Below are positions 1-14,700 of a stretch of DNA of 64,000 nt, piece after piece. A program made the translations under genes and the position numbers. Under the pieces are notes generated by a model. That model was given only the letters and a program-made list of their open reading frames with translations. It ran no database searches and had not been told where the DNA came from. Position 1 is the stretch's first letter. Each line of letters starts with the position of its first letter. Source of the stretch: Azolla caroliniana. Taxonomy: Eukaryota; Plantae; Polypodiophyta. The stretch is from positions 16,058,001 to 16,122,000 of the forward strand of contig JBHGNT010000001.1 in assembly GCA_043228905.1 (NCBI GenBank). Reading direction: 5' to 3'.

Positions 1-3000
1 TCCAACCACGATGAGCTGCAATTGCATAGATGCTACAAATAGTAGTTGTTGACAATCAAGCTCAACTTGTGTGAACATGTGCTTATGAAGAAAAGGACGA
101 TGTGTGAAAAAGTGTGTGAGCACACTTTATTGTACTCCGTTTAGTTGTCGAGTGTGTGAGAGCACACTTCATTGTAATCCGTGTAGTGGTCGAGTGTTAG
201 TGTGGTCAAAGAATATTAGATATTCTTATGACAAAATCGTACTCAAGTGGATATCTTGGTTAGATTCTACCAACACATTTAATAGGGCAGTCCCTTGAGG
301 ACTTGTATATAAAACCCCCTTTGGCCATTTAGTTTAGTTGATGATCTTTAGTTAATTAATATAGCTCTCTTCAATGCATAAGCTGTCATCCCCCTACTGT
401 GTATTTTCTTACTATTTTCTGGTTATTCTCTCTGAGTTCTTCTCTTGCTTATTCACCCACTCTCACACAAACACACTACGCTTCTGAATACTCAACTCTA
501 CTAGAGTTAGATTCTTTACAGTAGTCATATGGCAGGTGGGAGCAAAGGTCTCATCAAAATCAATGCCTTTTTCTTGGGCATAACCTTTCGCAACAAGCCT
601 AGCCTTATACCTGTCTATTGTTCCATCAGGTTTACGCTTTAGCTTATATACCCACTTAGTGCCAATAGCCTTCTTGCCTGGAGGCAAGTCACATAAAGAC
701 CATGTACCAGTCTTCATAATAGCATCATATTCTGATTGCATAGCAGCCATCCAATTTTCTGAATTTTGTGCTTCATCAAAAGAAACAAGCTTATTCTCAT
801 CGCAAAGACTAGAGGCAGTCATAGCATAACAATCTGATGCAAAAGAAGCACTATGATAACCTGAACAAGTACGATATGACAAAGGAAAATCCAATTTACT
901 GTCTTGCAAAGTCTGCAACAGCCATTTAGGCACAGTCTTTGCCTCCTCTATATGAGCCCTCTCATTAATAAGTGCATCATGTAAGTCTGCATCAGAAATA
1001 GAATGATCTGCATCATTATGAGTAGCTTCCAAAGGCTGAGAAGGTGCCTCAAGTGTGCCAACACTTAACTGTCCACTTGTAAACAGAGGCAACAAAGTGT
1101 CATACACATCTTTGGAGCTAACTGATGTCTCCTTCGTACATGAAAGAAGTGGCTGAATTGCATCCTCCACAAAAACATCACGGCTAACCAAAATGCGTTT
1201 AGATTGTGGATGATACAGACAATAGCCTTTACTTTCAGAACTGTATCCTACAAAAATACATTTCACTGCTTTATCATCCAATTTTTTGCGTTGTTGTTTA
1301 GGCACTAATGCATATGCCAAACAACCAAAAACATGCAAATGAGCAACAAATGGCTTTTGGCCATGTCAAGCTTCATATGGAGTGATAGAGTGCAGTGCTT
1401 TAGTGGGACACCTGTTGAGTACATATGCTGCACACATGACAGCCTCAAGCCAGAAACTATGTGGTAAGGCCTGACTTTTGACCATACACCTCGCCTTTTC
1501 CATGAGTGACCTGTTCTTTCTTTCAGCAACTCCATTTTGTTGAGTTGTATACGGCACTATACATTGATGTTTTATCCCACGTTCAGCCAGAAATGCATTA
1601 AACTCAGAGGACATATACTCCCCCCCCCGATCAGAACGGAGCGTGCCCATTTACATGCTGACAAATTCTCAGCCAAAGCTAGAAATTGTTTGAAGCACAA
1701 AAACACTTCGGACTTTGCCTTCAATGGATATACCCATGCATGGCTAGAAAAGTCATCAATGAAAGTCACGAAATAAAGATAGTTCCCAAGAGAATATGTC
1801 TGCATAGGACCACAGACGTCACTATGAACAAGCTGTAATTTCTGCGTAGCTCAAACAGAACCATCTTTTGGAAAGGATGAACGTTGCATTTTGCCCAAAA
1901 TACAGCCTTCCCAAACATGCTTCCAAGGTGCCTCAAGTTTGGGCAAGGAGGACACCATTTCAGATTTCTGCACGCGAAGCAAACTTGCAAAATTCAGATG
2001 AACAAAGCGTGCATGCCAAATCTTTGCATCTAAAATAGCCTGAGAATCCTGTATTGCACAGGCTGAATCATTTATAGATCTTTCATAATCTACGAGCTTA
2101 TACAGCCCACGACATAAAATGCCAGAAGCAATAATAACATCCCCATTGGACAGATCATGAACTATACACTTGTCATCAACAAATTTAACAACCAAGCCAA
2201 CCTTGGCTAATGTTGAAACTGACAACAAATTTTTCTTGATCCCTGGCACAAACAAAGCATCTGACAAGATGAAAAGACTACCATCAGTAGTAGTCAAAAT
2301 GATCTTACCAACACCCATAACTGGATAAGGTGAGTTGTTGGCGCATGTATTCCCTGTAGGGGCAGGTTCCAATGAAGTGAAGAAATTGCGCTGCGAGGTA
2401 ATATGTTTGGTTGCCCCACTGTCGAAGTACCAAACATCTGATTGTACAACAGACATACATAGTTCAAGTGAAGATGGGTCAAAACTGCAAACAGTAGTAA
2501 ATGCCCATTCTTCATTCTGCACAAGATTTGCAGACTCTGTTTTTGGTCAGATACTTCTACAACAACGAGTCCTGCCTCCTTTTTCTTTGCCTCTTTTGCA
2601 GACAATTTTGGACAGTTCTTCATAATGTGATAAATTCCTTTACAATATTTGCAAAACTGTTTTTGTTTCTGCCCTTGATTTTTTTTCATTCACTTGTGAA
2701 TTATTAGCAAATCTCTACTTGCTAGCAGAAGAGTTCCATTCACCTCTGCCCTTCTGACTAGCTAGGAAAGCTTGATCTGCAACACGCATAATAGACCTGT
2801 TTTGCCTAGACTGATCTTCCTGTAACAAAACAGAGACTAGCTCCTCGAATGATAAGGCATTGGGATTACCTTTCATCATTAAACGAACAGTAGAAGCAAA
2901 ACTTTGATATGAATCAGGAAGACCATTTAGAATAGTCTGCACAAGTGAACTATCTGGTATCATTTCATCAGCAGAAATTAATTGTTCCTTTAAATCTTTG

Positions 3001-3105
3001 ATTTTTGTAAGAAAACTGTCCATAGAATCACCTTCATTCATGTGCTCGCTCTCCAATTGTTTTCAGAGATAAGTAACACGAACCTCATTTCTTGCTTGGT
3101 ACAAA
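1..3105 (-). mobile_element. Degenerate Ty1/copia internal region (gag C-term, zinc knuckle, protease, GAG-pre-integrase, integrase, RT 5' part); continues left of the window
   Basis: Broken ORFs 2715-3056 (UBN2-type gag), CKYCKGIYHIMKNC knuckle, WYFDSGATKH protease, [19 protein letters not shown] integrase, KARLVAKGYAQ RT. RT resumes at 46-1 (TTICSIYAIAAHRGW) beyond a solo LTR. Many stops and frameshifts. Confidence 0.92.
47..520 (+). mobile_element. Solo LTR (copia type) inserted in the copia RT
   Basis: TGTTG...TTACA termini, 5-bp TSD GTAGT at 42-46 and 521-525, TATA (GTATATAAAA) near 305, no PBS or PPT. The 5' end resembles the solo LTR at 37740-38202. Confidence 0.88.
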
Positions 3106-3106
3106 G

Positions 3107-3853
3107 TGGTATCAAAGCTACAAAGCAACATTCGAGCAGCAACACAACGGTTCGCATACGAAGTCCGTCTGTGCCATCTATGGTAACATTTTTCTGCTGT
3201 TGAAAAAACGAATTTCTGCGTGTTTTCTTCCTCTGGGCAGTTTCAGTTGTGTTTTTTTTCTGCTTCCAAGTCAATTCAATCCTAGAAAAAGCCTCCTTGA
3301 GTCTTCCAAGACATTCCTATAACCCTCAGAAATCAGATTTGCTTCCCTTTTCTCTTCGCTTGTTCATCTTTCAAGTCAAAGAGGTACGTTATTCCCTTTT
3401 ATTCATTCAACAATCCATTTTTTACATCAAAACATGTTCAGTCCAATGGCCATGGCTGAGATCAATGATGTATTTCGGATGCTTGCTGTTGAGGATAAAC
3501 TGGATGGAACAAATTACCCTCTGTGGGCTTATATGATGCGCTATGTATTAGTAGCAAAGGGGTTGTGGAATGTGGTTCAAGGGGCTGAAAAACGTCCTGT
3601 TGTTGAGAACACAAATGCTGATGGTACTGATTCTGTCGAGTATGTTGATCATCCTACTCATGCCCATGCTACAATTTACCAACTGCAGAGCAACTTCATT
3701 AGGATGGCAGAGATGCTCAGGCACATGCTTTGATAGCTTTGTCTGTGAAACGTGTCATTATTCCCCATATTCGCTCTTGCAAGACAGCAAAGGATGCTTG
3801 GGATACTCTTACCACTTTGTACCAAGCAAGAAATGAGGCTCGTGTTGCTTATC
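3107..3853 (+). mobile_element. Inverted 5' part (PBS, leader, gag N-terminus) of the copia at 1-3105
   Basis: PBS TGGTATCAAAGC (tRNA-iMet, 1 mismatch) at 3107. ORFs 3434-3733 (KLDGTNYPLWAYMM) and 3730+ (CKTAKDAWDTL..YQARNEARV). The last 44 bp are also present inverted at 3068-3111. Confidence 0.8.
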
Positions 3854-3963
3854 ACTGTTGGGTTCTTATTTTAAATCCTCAAAAACTTCACCACTTTAGG
3901 GCTATGAGAGTTTTTATGGACAAGGGGAAAAAACCTCCTAAAGAGGGAAAAAATGCCCCTGTA

Positions 3964-4068
3964 GTCCTAAGTGTGTTCACACATTACTGTCCTAAATGTG
4001 TTCACACACATCACTATCCTAAGTGTGTTCATACATCACTGTCCTAAGTGTGTTCACACACATCACTA
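3964..4068 (+). repeat. Tandem repeat, 4 x 25-27 bp (GTCCTAAGTGTGTTCACACATCACT) in the gypsy leader
   Basis: Four consecutive near-identical units read directly. Confidence 0.85.
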
Positions 4069-6403
4069 CCAAAATATGTCAACAAATGTCTAATCTAGGA
4101 ATCCCTATAGATGAAAAGGGCATAAATGCCTAAATTGGACATATCTAGGGGGATATTTATTACTCACCAACTTAAGAAAATTGGGTATATAAGTATTCCC
4201 ACTCTCTCGTGATCTATCACTCTTCACTTCCTCATCCAAATTCTAAAGTCTTTTATAACACACTTTAGTACTTTAGACTTTAGTATACTTCTTTCTTTAC
4301 TCTCACAACTCTCCTTATTTTTCATGGCTTCCTCTACTTGCAATTCCGCACATCACACATCTCCCAACCATCGAAGTTTTTCGACACATCCCACATCTCC
4401 CACCCGTCAAGGTCATCCAATTTCTCCTATGCGAGATGAGGACGACCGGCCAATATCTCCAATCCGTGACGAGGATATTAACGACGATATTGAATTCGTC
4501 ATCAGGGATGATTTCCGTAAAACGCAAGACGATATTGTCAAGTCAATGACAATCGTCACAACTCTGTTCTCCTCCAAACTTGAAGGCTTATTGATGCCAA
4601 TAGGCATCAGTTTGAAAACCTTCAACAACAAATTTTGGAGTTAAAGGCACACGCTTCCACATCAAGCAATATGAAGAAGCCTTCATTTACTCCTCAACGG
4701 TTCTTGGGAAGGGATAAGCAACGTAACCACGAGTTTGTGAGCAATTGGATAAACCGATGAAATGCTCACTTTCACCTTGAGAATATTCAAAATGACTCTG
4801 AAAAGATCGATATGGCGATTTGTGAGATGATCGGTGCCGCAAACTCTTGGTGGGAGTGGTTGGATAAAAAACCAAGAACATGGGAGGCATTTGAAAAGAC
4901 TCCTAGGGTGGAATTTGTTCGTCCCAAGACAACTTCCCAAGTGATACAAGATATGTGTCACTTATCAGACAAGGGCAGAACTATTGACTAGTTCAATCAG
5001 TATTTCCGCGACTTGATAACAAAGCGTGGACTATTATCTGCTTCTAATGAGGAAATACTGATAGGATTGTATATTAATAGTTTCCATAATAAAGATTTTC
5101 ATTATGAGATCCACGCTCATCAACCCAAGACTTTGGGAGAAGAGATGGAATGTGCCCGCATTCTATTTGACACAAAAGCTTGTTACCAACCAAAAGAGTC
5201 GGAAGGAGAAAGCGGTAAACGAAGATACCAACCTTCTCCGACAGGTCAAGGTGACAATGCTAAAAGGTGGGTAATAATCTGCCACTTTTGTAAGAAGCCT
5301 GGGCATAAAGCCAACGAGTGTAGGTGGAGAAAGGAGAGTGGTAACTCCAACAATCCGCAAAGAAAGCCATCAACTTCCAATAATCCAAGTATGTTCTTGA
5401 ATTATTTGAATTTCGTTGCAGATGCCCTGAGTCATATTCCAGAAATTAATGCCTTGAGTCGTATTCCAAAAATTAATGCCCTGAGTTTCGTAGAATTTGA
5501 CGACTTATTTGATTTGATCCGGAGTAAACAAAAATACCTTGATGACATAACATTTTCCAAGTTTTGGAAGAGAGCTAAAACAGGTATCAACGTTGATTAT
5601 AGAACCACATCTACCCCGAAGAACCTTTACTATGTTGCGAATGGGTTATTGTACTGCAATAGTAAGGTTTGCATACCCCACATAAAGAACATCAAGAATA
5701 AACTTTTGTATGAATGTCATGATGCCCCTTCTGCTGGACATCTAGGTGTGCAAAGAACATTAGCTTTGATTAAAGCTAGGTTTTTCTGGCCAAAAATGAA
5801 ACCTGAGGTAGAGTCCTATTTTATACGTTGTCCACAATGTCAGGTCATTAAGGCCGAGCGACAAAAAAAACCTGGCTTATTGCAACCTCTCGATATTCCA
5901 GCTGAAAAGTGGCAAAGTATATCCATAGATTTCATAGTTGGATTACCTTGTTCCACTGAGGGAAATAAGGCCATTTGGGTGGTTGTTGATCGGCTTACCA
6001 AGATGGCAAGATTCATTCCAACAAAATCCACAATTACCGCAAAGCAATTGGCTACTAAGTTTATTAAACATCTTTATAGCTTATATGGTCTAACGATGGA
6101 GATTGTAAGTGATCGAGACTCTAAGTTTACAAGTACATTTTGGTCAGAAGGTATGCAGAAACTGCAAACAACCTTGAATCTCAGTTCTTCTGATCATTCT
6201 CAGTCAGATGGGTAGACTGAGAGTGAATCAGATATTAGAGGATATGTTGAGAGCATATGTAGTGCCAAAACCCTCGTTATGGGAGACTTACCTTCATATG
6301 GTGGAATTTGCCTACAACAGCGCTAAGCATACATCAACAAAATACAGTCCATTCATGTTGATGGTTATACGCCACGTCCTCCTATTGATGTTTCGTTTGA
6401 TTC

Positions 6404-7128
6404 GCATACTTTGGATAGTACAAAGGATTTTCTCTTTGATATGCTTGAAGCACATAAGTTAGCAGAAGAAAACCTTAGGATGGCATGGGACAGAAATGTC
6501 TTTTATGCGAATTATGATAGAAAACCAAGCGAATTCCACGTAGGACAATAGGTTTTTCTATGGCTTCCTAAGGACTCAGAAACATTGAGAACAGGATTGT
6601 GTGCAAAATTAGCCCCACGGTATTATGGACCATATAAAGTTTTAAAATGTATAGGTCCCAATGCCTATCGTTTGGATTTGCCTTCCAATGTTATGGTTCA
6701 TCCCGTATTCCACGTGAGTCGATTAAAGGAGGCGATTGGTTATGATGATAATGTTGTATCACCGTTGCATACGTTGGATAGTACAAAGGATTTTCTCTTT
6801 GATATGCTTGAAGCACGTAAGTTATCAGAAGAAAACCTTAGGATGGCATGGGACAGAAATGTCTTTTATGCGAATCATGATAGAAAACCAAGGGAATTCC
6901 ACGTAGGACAATAGGTTTTTCTACAGCTTCCTAATGACTCAGAAACATTGAGAACAAGACTGTGTGCAAAATTAGCCCCACAGTATTATGGACCATATAA
7001 AGTTTTAAAACGTATAGGTCCCAATGCTTATTGTTTGGATTTGCCTTCCAATGTTATGGTTCATCCCGTATTCCACGTGAGTCGATTAAGGGAGGCGATT
7101 GGTTATGATGATAATGTTGTATCACCGT
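6404..7128 (+). repeat. 363-bp tandem duplication in the gypsy integrase C-terminus
   Basis: GCATAC.TTGGATAGTACAAAGG starts at 6404 and 6767. ORFs 6585-6914 and 6948-7334 begin with near-identical peptides. Confidence 0.93.
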
Positions 7129-7746
7129 CCAATTTATCGACATTGGAGGATGATCATTTTCCTCCACATGAACCTGAGAAAATCCTCGACCACAGGTCAA
7201 GAAACCTACAGTGTAAGGTTGTTCATCGCTATAAGGTTAAGTGGAAGGATAGATTGGAAGAAGACAGCATGTGGGAAACTGAAGAGACATTATGCAAACA
7301 TTTTCCTAACTTCCCATTGCAAGAGTGCAATTAAACAGAGGGGGGGAGTATGTAATGTTCCTTGGTTTAGACATGCTTATTTGGGGGTTATCATACTGTA
7401 ATATCTGAGTCGTTGGCTTTATTGGACTGACCTAATGTGTGTCATTGGGTACCCCACACATGATTGGTAAGGTAGATGTCATTATATGGCCTAGGTCCTA
7501 TAAATAGGGGATACGCTCTTTAGTCAAGGGGGAGCCCCATGAGTGGTTCTGACGAAGCTCTCTTTGATGTGGACCAGTCATCTACCAAGGTCTTGACGTG
7601 GAGATCCTGGCTGGTATGGGACAGATTGAGATTCCTCATCTGTGTTGTCGACTTTGGCGCGGGGGTGGATGGGTGGTAACGTGTATTTTCAGTATGATTG
7701 TGTCACTTATGTCTTTATTTTAGGATTAATGATCTTGGTTATTACA

Positions 7747-8205
7747 CAACAGCTTGTCAACAAAAAACCTTTGCAACTTCCCTCAATGCCAATACTACAT
7801 AACACTAGCTAATGCTAAAAACAAAGGATACACAAGCAGTGTCTCAACCACAACACTTGAAAAGGGTTGCAATGTATCAGGCAATAACACTTTGTGTATA
7901 TTGGCGACATCCATCTGGATCACGACCCCCCTCACTTTTGTCGTCGACAAATAAAGGCCATTATCCAAGTTCTTCCGTTACTTTGGAGACCTCTTCATCT
8001 CTAGAGTGGCCTATGCTAGAGACCTTTTTAAGGCAGAAGTTTTAGTAGATCTAAGTGCAGAATGTTAAGTGCTTAGTTAATGAGATTCTTTGCAGTTTTC
8101 CTACTTGTATTTATCTTGGTTGTTTGTTCTCTAGGATGAGACAACATTTTAAGATTTAATCTCTTGTTTGATCTGATTGGCCATTTTGGCCTCTTAAAAG
8201 ACGTT
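7747..8205 (+). mobile_element. 3' fragment of a non-LTR retrotransposon (same family as 33960-35430 and 36072-37458)
   Basis: Shares CTTTGGAGACCTCT, CCTATGCTAGAGA and the terminal GATGAGACAACA..GGCCATTTTGGCCTCTTAAAAGACGTT with the NOL-intron copies. Confidence 0.75.
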
Positions 8206-8262
8206 TGTGCACACTTTCTTCTTTATATTGAGGACATTTTTTCCATGGGGCAAGGGTTCTGA

Positions 8263-10156
<1,894 letters not shown>

Positions 10157-10895
10157 ATCGTTCGCATGAGGTTGTGGTATTTTAAGTCATTCTACAAGCA
10201 AATGGACCATTAATAGATGCGTGTTAACATTATAGGAGATATGAAAATATAAGGATAACTCTGGCGTTTGCAGAATGTTAATGTAATTACATGTTCCAGC
10301 AAATCAATTTTGGGATTATCCACCCAAAAATTATGTGCCTTTTGTAATGCTCATTAAATAGATTCAAATTAGTTTCTCAATTTGGAACTAATATTACATG
10401 ACATTTTTTGCAAGTTTTCTATATTGAAGGTGTTTCTTATGTTTATGGAAGAGTATATTAAGGGTCTGCATATCATTTTTTATTTGATAGCATGTTCTCA
10501 TTCAAATGTCTTGAGTATTTGTGACAATTTGCAGCTCTCAAAGAATTTTAAACGTTAAGCATAAGTAAAAAAGTGAAAAAGTCCTTGAGAGCACCAACAA
10601 TGGCTTTTATAGTTTTCACATTACTCAATATTTTAGATTATAGTGGCCACAAGATCTTTATCACTTCTCTTTTCCTTTTGTCTCCTTCACCTTGTCTCTA
10701 GACTTGGCCCGTTAGTATGAATATTAATGTCTTCTTGTTGGAAAAGCTTGGGAAGTAAAGAGTACGGCAATTTCTTCCTTCCCAACTTAATGAGTGCATA
10801 TTTTTAAGGTTTGCTACTTCCATTAATGAATGTTAAGGGATGACATAGGTATGTCTTCAATTAGCATGACAATCTTGACTTGATGGTTGTCTTCA

Positions 10896-11421
10896 AACTG
10901 TAATTGGTAAGGTGAGGGTAGCATAGGAACTGGTATCTAGAAACCAAGTAGTTACCTCAAGTAGCCTTTGTTGAGGTCAAAGAAGAGACCTCAGTGATTG
11001 TATGTGTGGGAGTGGTGTTAAATGTAGTGATTGTATGTGTGGGAGTGGTGTTAAATGTAGCGCATCATTTAGAGATATAGATGGTCATTTGAATGGCAAT
11101 GGTATGTGTGTCAATATCATCATTCTTGGTTGTGGTAGTGATGCCCTAAATTATCTCCGCTTTAGTCATGTAAAATAAACCGTAATTGGTAAGGTGAGGA
11201 TAGCATAGGAAAATTGTATCTAGAAACCAAGTAGTTACCTCAAGTAGCCTTTATTGAGGTCAAAGAAGAGACCTCAGTGATTGTATGTGTGTGGGAGTGG
11301 TGTTAAATGTAGGGCATCATTTAGAGATATAGATGGTCATTTGAATGGCAATGTTATGTGTGTCAATATCATTCTTGGTTGTGGTAGTGATGCCCTAAAT
11401 TATCTCCGCTTTAGTCATGTA
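10896..11421 (+). repeat. Approx. 250-280-bp tandem duplication (copy 1 has an internal approx. 33-bp duplication)
   Basis: AAAC.GTAATTGGTAAGGTGAGG at 10896 and 11177; both copies end TTTAGTCATGTAA. Confidence 0.9.
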
Positions 11422-12149
11422 ATTGTAAGGGGGTTTGTTTGCTTTGGTGGGGCTAAGGGTGGTGAGTGACCTAGTGCTGTCAAGGGAGGTGGTCATGACA
11501 AGGTTGGAACGGTGGTCGATGGATGATGTATGGTTGTGTGGTTTAGTGTTGGAGAAGACGGTAATGAGTTTGATGTGTTATTGAATTTGTGGCTATTGTC
11601 AATGTAGTTGTGAACTTGGTGGTTATTGTCTTCAGTAGGACAATTAATTATATTATTGTAGTGGCTTAGCATAATTGTTTCTTGTGTTGTGGTTATCCAT
11701 GATTGTGTGGCCTCGTTGGGTGGTAATGTATTGATTAGTAATCCCACTCTTGTAGCTAGAAGATAGATGGATGTTGCCTTTAAGGATTAGGTTCTATGAA
11801 GAAGAGTTGTGGGTTCCATTATGGAAAATTGGCATATATTATCTTTTCTAAAACATGTATTTTGCTTGTTGCTAAGGCACATGTGTTGCTTCATTGAATT
11901 CTAACAAGTGACAAGATTCATGGAAGGAAAAAATGCAAGTTTGGAGTAATTGGGGAATGGAGAAAGAAGAGTTTAGAAGAGGGAAATAAAAAGAAATGAA
12001 TGGGAGAATAGACTAGGGGAGAGTAAGAAGTAATAAGGAAAAAAAGAAATTTTGAAACAAACCTTGAAAATTAAATAAATGAACATAAAAAGTAAAAGGG
12101 TCATTGGATCGAACATAAAGTCAAACCCATAACTTACCTTTCTTGCAAG

Positions 12150-14700
12150 CAACACAACCAAGTCTTACAAATGGAAAATCTTGGTTGGAAGTATAGTTGT
12201 GCCTTGTGTACCTGGGAGGGTGCAAGCTCAACTTCTGTGGTTGCATTGCTTATCGTAGAGGTCAAATGGTCTTGTTTTGAACCATTCTATTGCTTTTAGT
12301 GCTAAGAGTCTAATACTAATCAATAAGCCAATAAAGCAAAATAAGTTTCCATTTGACCACCCCCAAGCTATGATCAAGACATAGCCAACCTACCACTGAT
12401 GTCCCATACTGTCGAATATTAGGATGACTAATACCTTGGAAGAGATAACATGATTGTCGTGACGAAAGCCTAGCTCATACCACTAGTTTCTGAGACATCA
12501 ACCTTCCGACGTAAATCCTTATCAGGGTAGCTAAGCCTCATATTCATACCTCTTCCTAGGCCCTTGAATAGATGTGCCTTTCCAAAAAACTCTTCATTCA
12601 TTGGTTGTCAAGACCATGATAGTGTGTGCACCAATTATTCCCTTTTTAACATTAGTGAACATACCCTTCTCTTATGTAAATATTAGTGACCTACCCTCAC
12701 CTACGTTATGTGTACATAACATTTAGGGAGCTAGGTTAGCCTTGAACCACTCTTAAATTTTCTTAAGAACCTTTGGGACTTCACATATGATTGTGTTACA
12801 TGCCCCCATCAATTTATCATAGCCCCTTAAATAAATGCTTTCCCTTTTTTGTTGAAAGAGTGTATCAATGTGCTTCGCTATTTGTGTTTCAATATTTTGA
12901 GTTTGACCCTTCTGCTATGGTTTGGTGGGTCTCACCTATGGTTTGGTAGTGGAAGCAAATGGTTTCCCTTGTCCCACCCTTAGGTCTTAGTTATGGTTTT
13001 CTTAACTTGCCAAATTGCTAGAAGGTCTTTATCCACTGCCTTGTGGACATTCACCCATCTAGATTTCTTCTTTAGGTTGGGTTTACTTATAGGTTTAGAG
13101 TTCATAATTGTGGACATGAAAATAGATTCAATGAAGTGATTTTTTCTGTGTCTCAAATGGGGTGGATTTACCTCAAGTTTTCTTGTGTAATTGTGGACAT
13201 GTAAATAGATTCAATGAAGTTATTTGTTCTCTATCTCGAATGGGGTTACATCTCTTTTTCTTGTGGCCTGGGGTGTTTAGTAAGAACTTTGTAGTTACAT
13301 TTGAGAGGAGGTAATGTGGGTGACCTTTATCACACATGTCTTAAACTAACCTAATTCTTGTCCAACTCTATCATGTGTGCGTTAATAAATCATTTAGGTT
13401 TTAGGCGCCTTCATACACTAGCTATCATCACGCTAATCTTGGTTCTAAGATGTTGAATATTCCAAGAGTGGCCCCAGAGGTATGAGAACTAACTTGATTT
13501 TGACTCTATGAGATCTTGCTTGCAAATCATTACAATCTTGGAGATTGGGGTATTTCCATTATACGTAACTTTTGAAGGATAAACTTGTTATATGAACCGC
13601 AGTGTTCCCACCATCTCCTCATGTTCGTTTAGTTTGCATGGAAGGTATAGTAGCTTGACATTATTGCGATACACACTTAGTTAGTATAAGATATGGATCT
13701 TTCACATTTGCAATATCAAAGAGTTTGGAAACATGATTCAAAGCCTTCTTGGTCCATTGTAACAAAGTAAAAATATTCAATATTATGGGATCCACCAACA
13801 TAAATTGTATAGATGTATATGAAAATGACCAAGGTTAGAACTTCCACCACATGAACTTATCCCTCAACTTCTTAGTCATCCATTCAATTAATTGGGCATT
13901 TGTAACATTTAATCCCAATGGGTATCGCAAGTGTAAAAAAATAGAGCTTTTTCCAACCAATATCATTGTCATCTTAAGTACATCAGATGAGGTCAACCTT
14001 CCTTCTATTAGTATGTAATTTAGAAACCAATTTTGTTTGGTTCATGGTTCCCCTTCCCCTTCTTAAGATTTTCACATGAGGCTAATAGAAACATGAAACA
14101 ATCATCTACCAAAGCTCCCGTAATCAATTCTCTCTCGGATGAAAGGTGTAGACCCACAATAATACTCCATTAATTGTAAGCTTCAATAATGTCACCAACA
14201 AGGATGAGTGACTAAAACAAACAAAAAATAGTGTAACTCCACCATTAATCATTACCCACGACACATCATCTTTCTTTCATAAAAATATAAGTTGAGACAT
14301 ATTATATATGTGGTCCAAAGTCCATTGTATGCATTAATATTAAGACAAAGAACTAATTAGCATGACCATAAACTTTCTCCAAATCGAACACACAATCAAT
14401 TCTTAATGGATATGCCAACCATAAGCCAATTGAAAATTAAGCTCATTATATACACATTTCACCAATTCTTTTAGCAAATGCCCTCAAATATTGTATACAT
14501 CTCCAAGATTAATGGGTAATATAAAATCATGAAGATTAAATATCAACTTCATGCATTAGTTTTTAATTCCAGAAAACAACTTCATGTACTATCCTTGATC
14601 ACTTATTTTGGTAGAATCTCCAAATATATGCTTCAAATATATTAGTATAATATAATGTGATCATCATCTAACATTACTATATTGGACATTCAACACTATG
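12150..14700. mobile_element. Highly decayed, AT-rich retrotransposon (probably gypsy) remnants
   Basis: No open frames. Only vestigial pol-like peptides (for example LVDPIIL on - near 13790) and a PPT-like GAGAGGAGG near 13303. Confidence 0.3.

Larger units (their letters stand above)
3856..7746 (+). mobile_element. Ty3/gypsy chromovirus-type element lacking 5' LTR and PR-RT-RNaseH; retains gag, integrase, chromodomain, PPT and 3' LTR
   Basis: CHFCKKPGHKANEC knuckle followed within about 35 aa by VADALS (RNaseH end). Integrase HHCC and VSDRDSKF. GPY/F motif (YYGPYKV). Chromodomain EPEKILDHR..YKVKWK..DSMWE (7167-7334). PPT GAGGGGGGAG at 7338-7348. LTR TGTAAT...ATTACA at 7351-7746. Confidence 0.88.

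Noticed and set aside
47-520. LTR first read as the cognate LTR of the adjacent rearranged copia
   Set aside because: The GTAGT TSD and the RT frame continuing at 46-1 show that it is an independent solo LTR.
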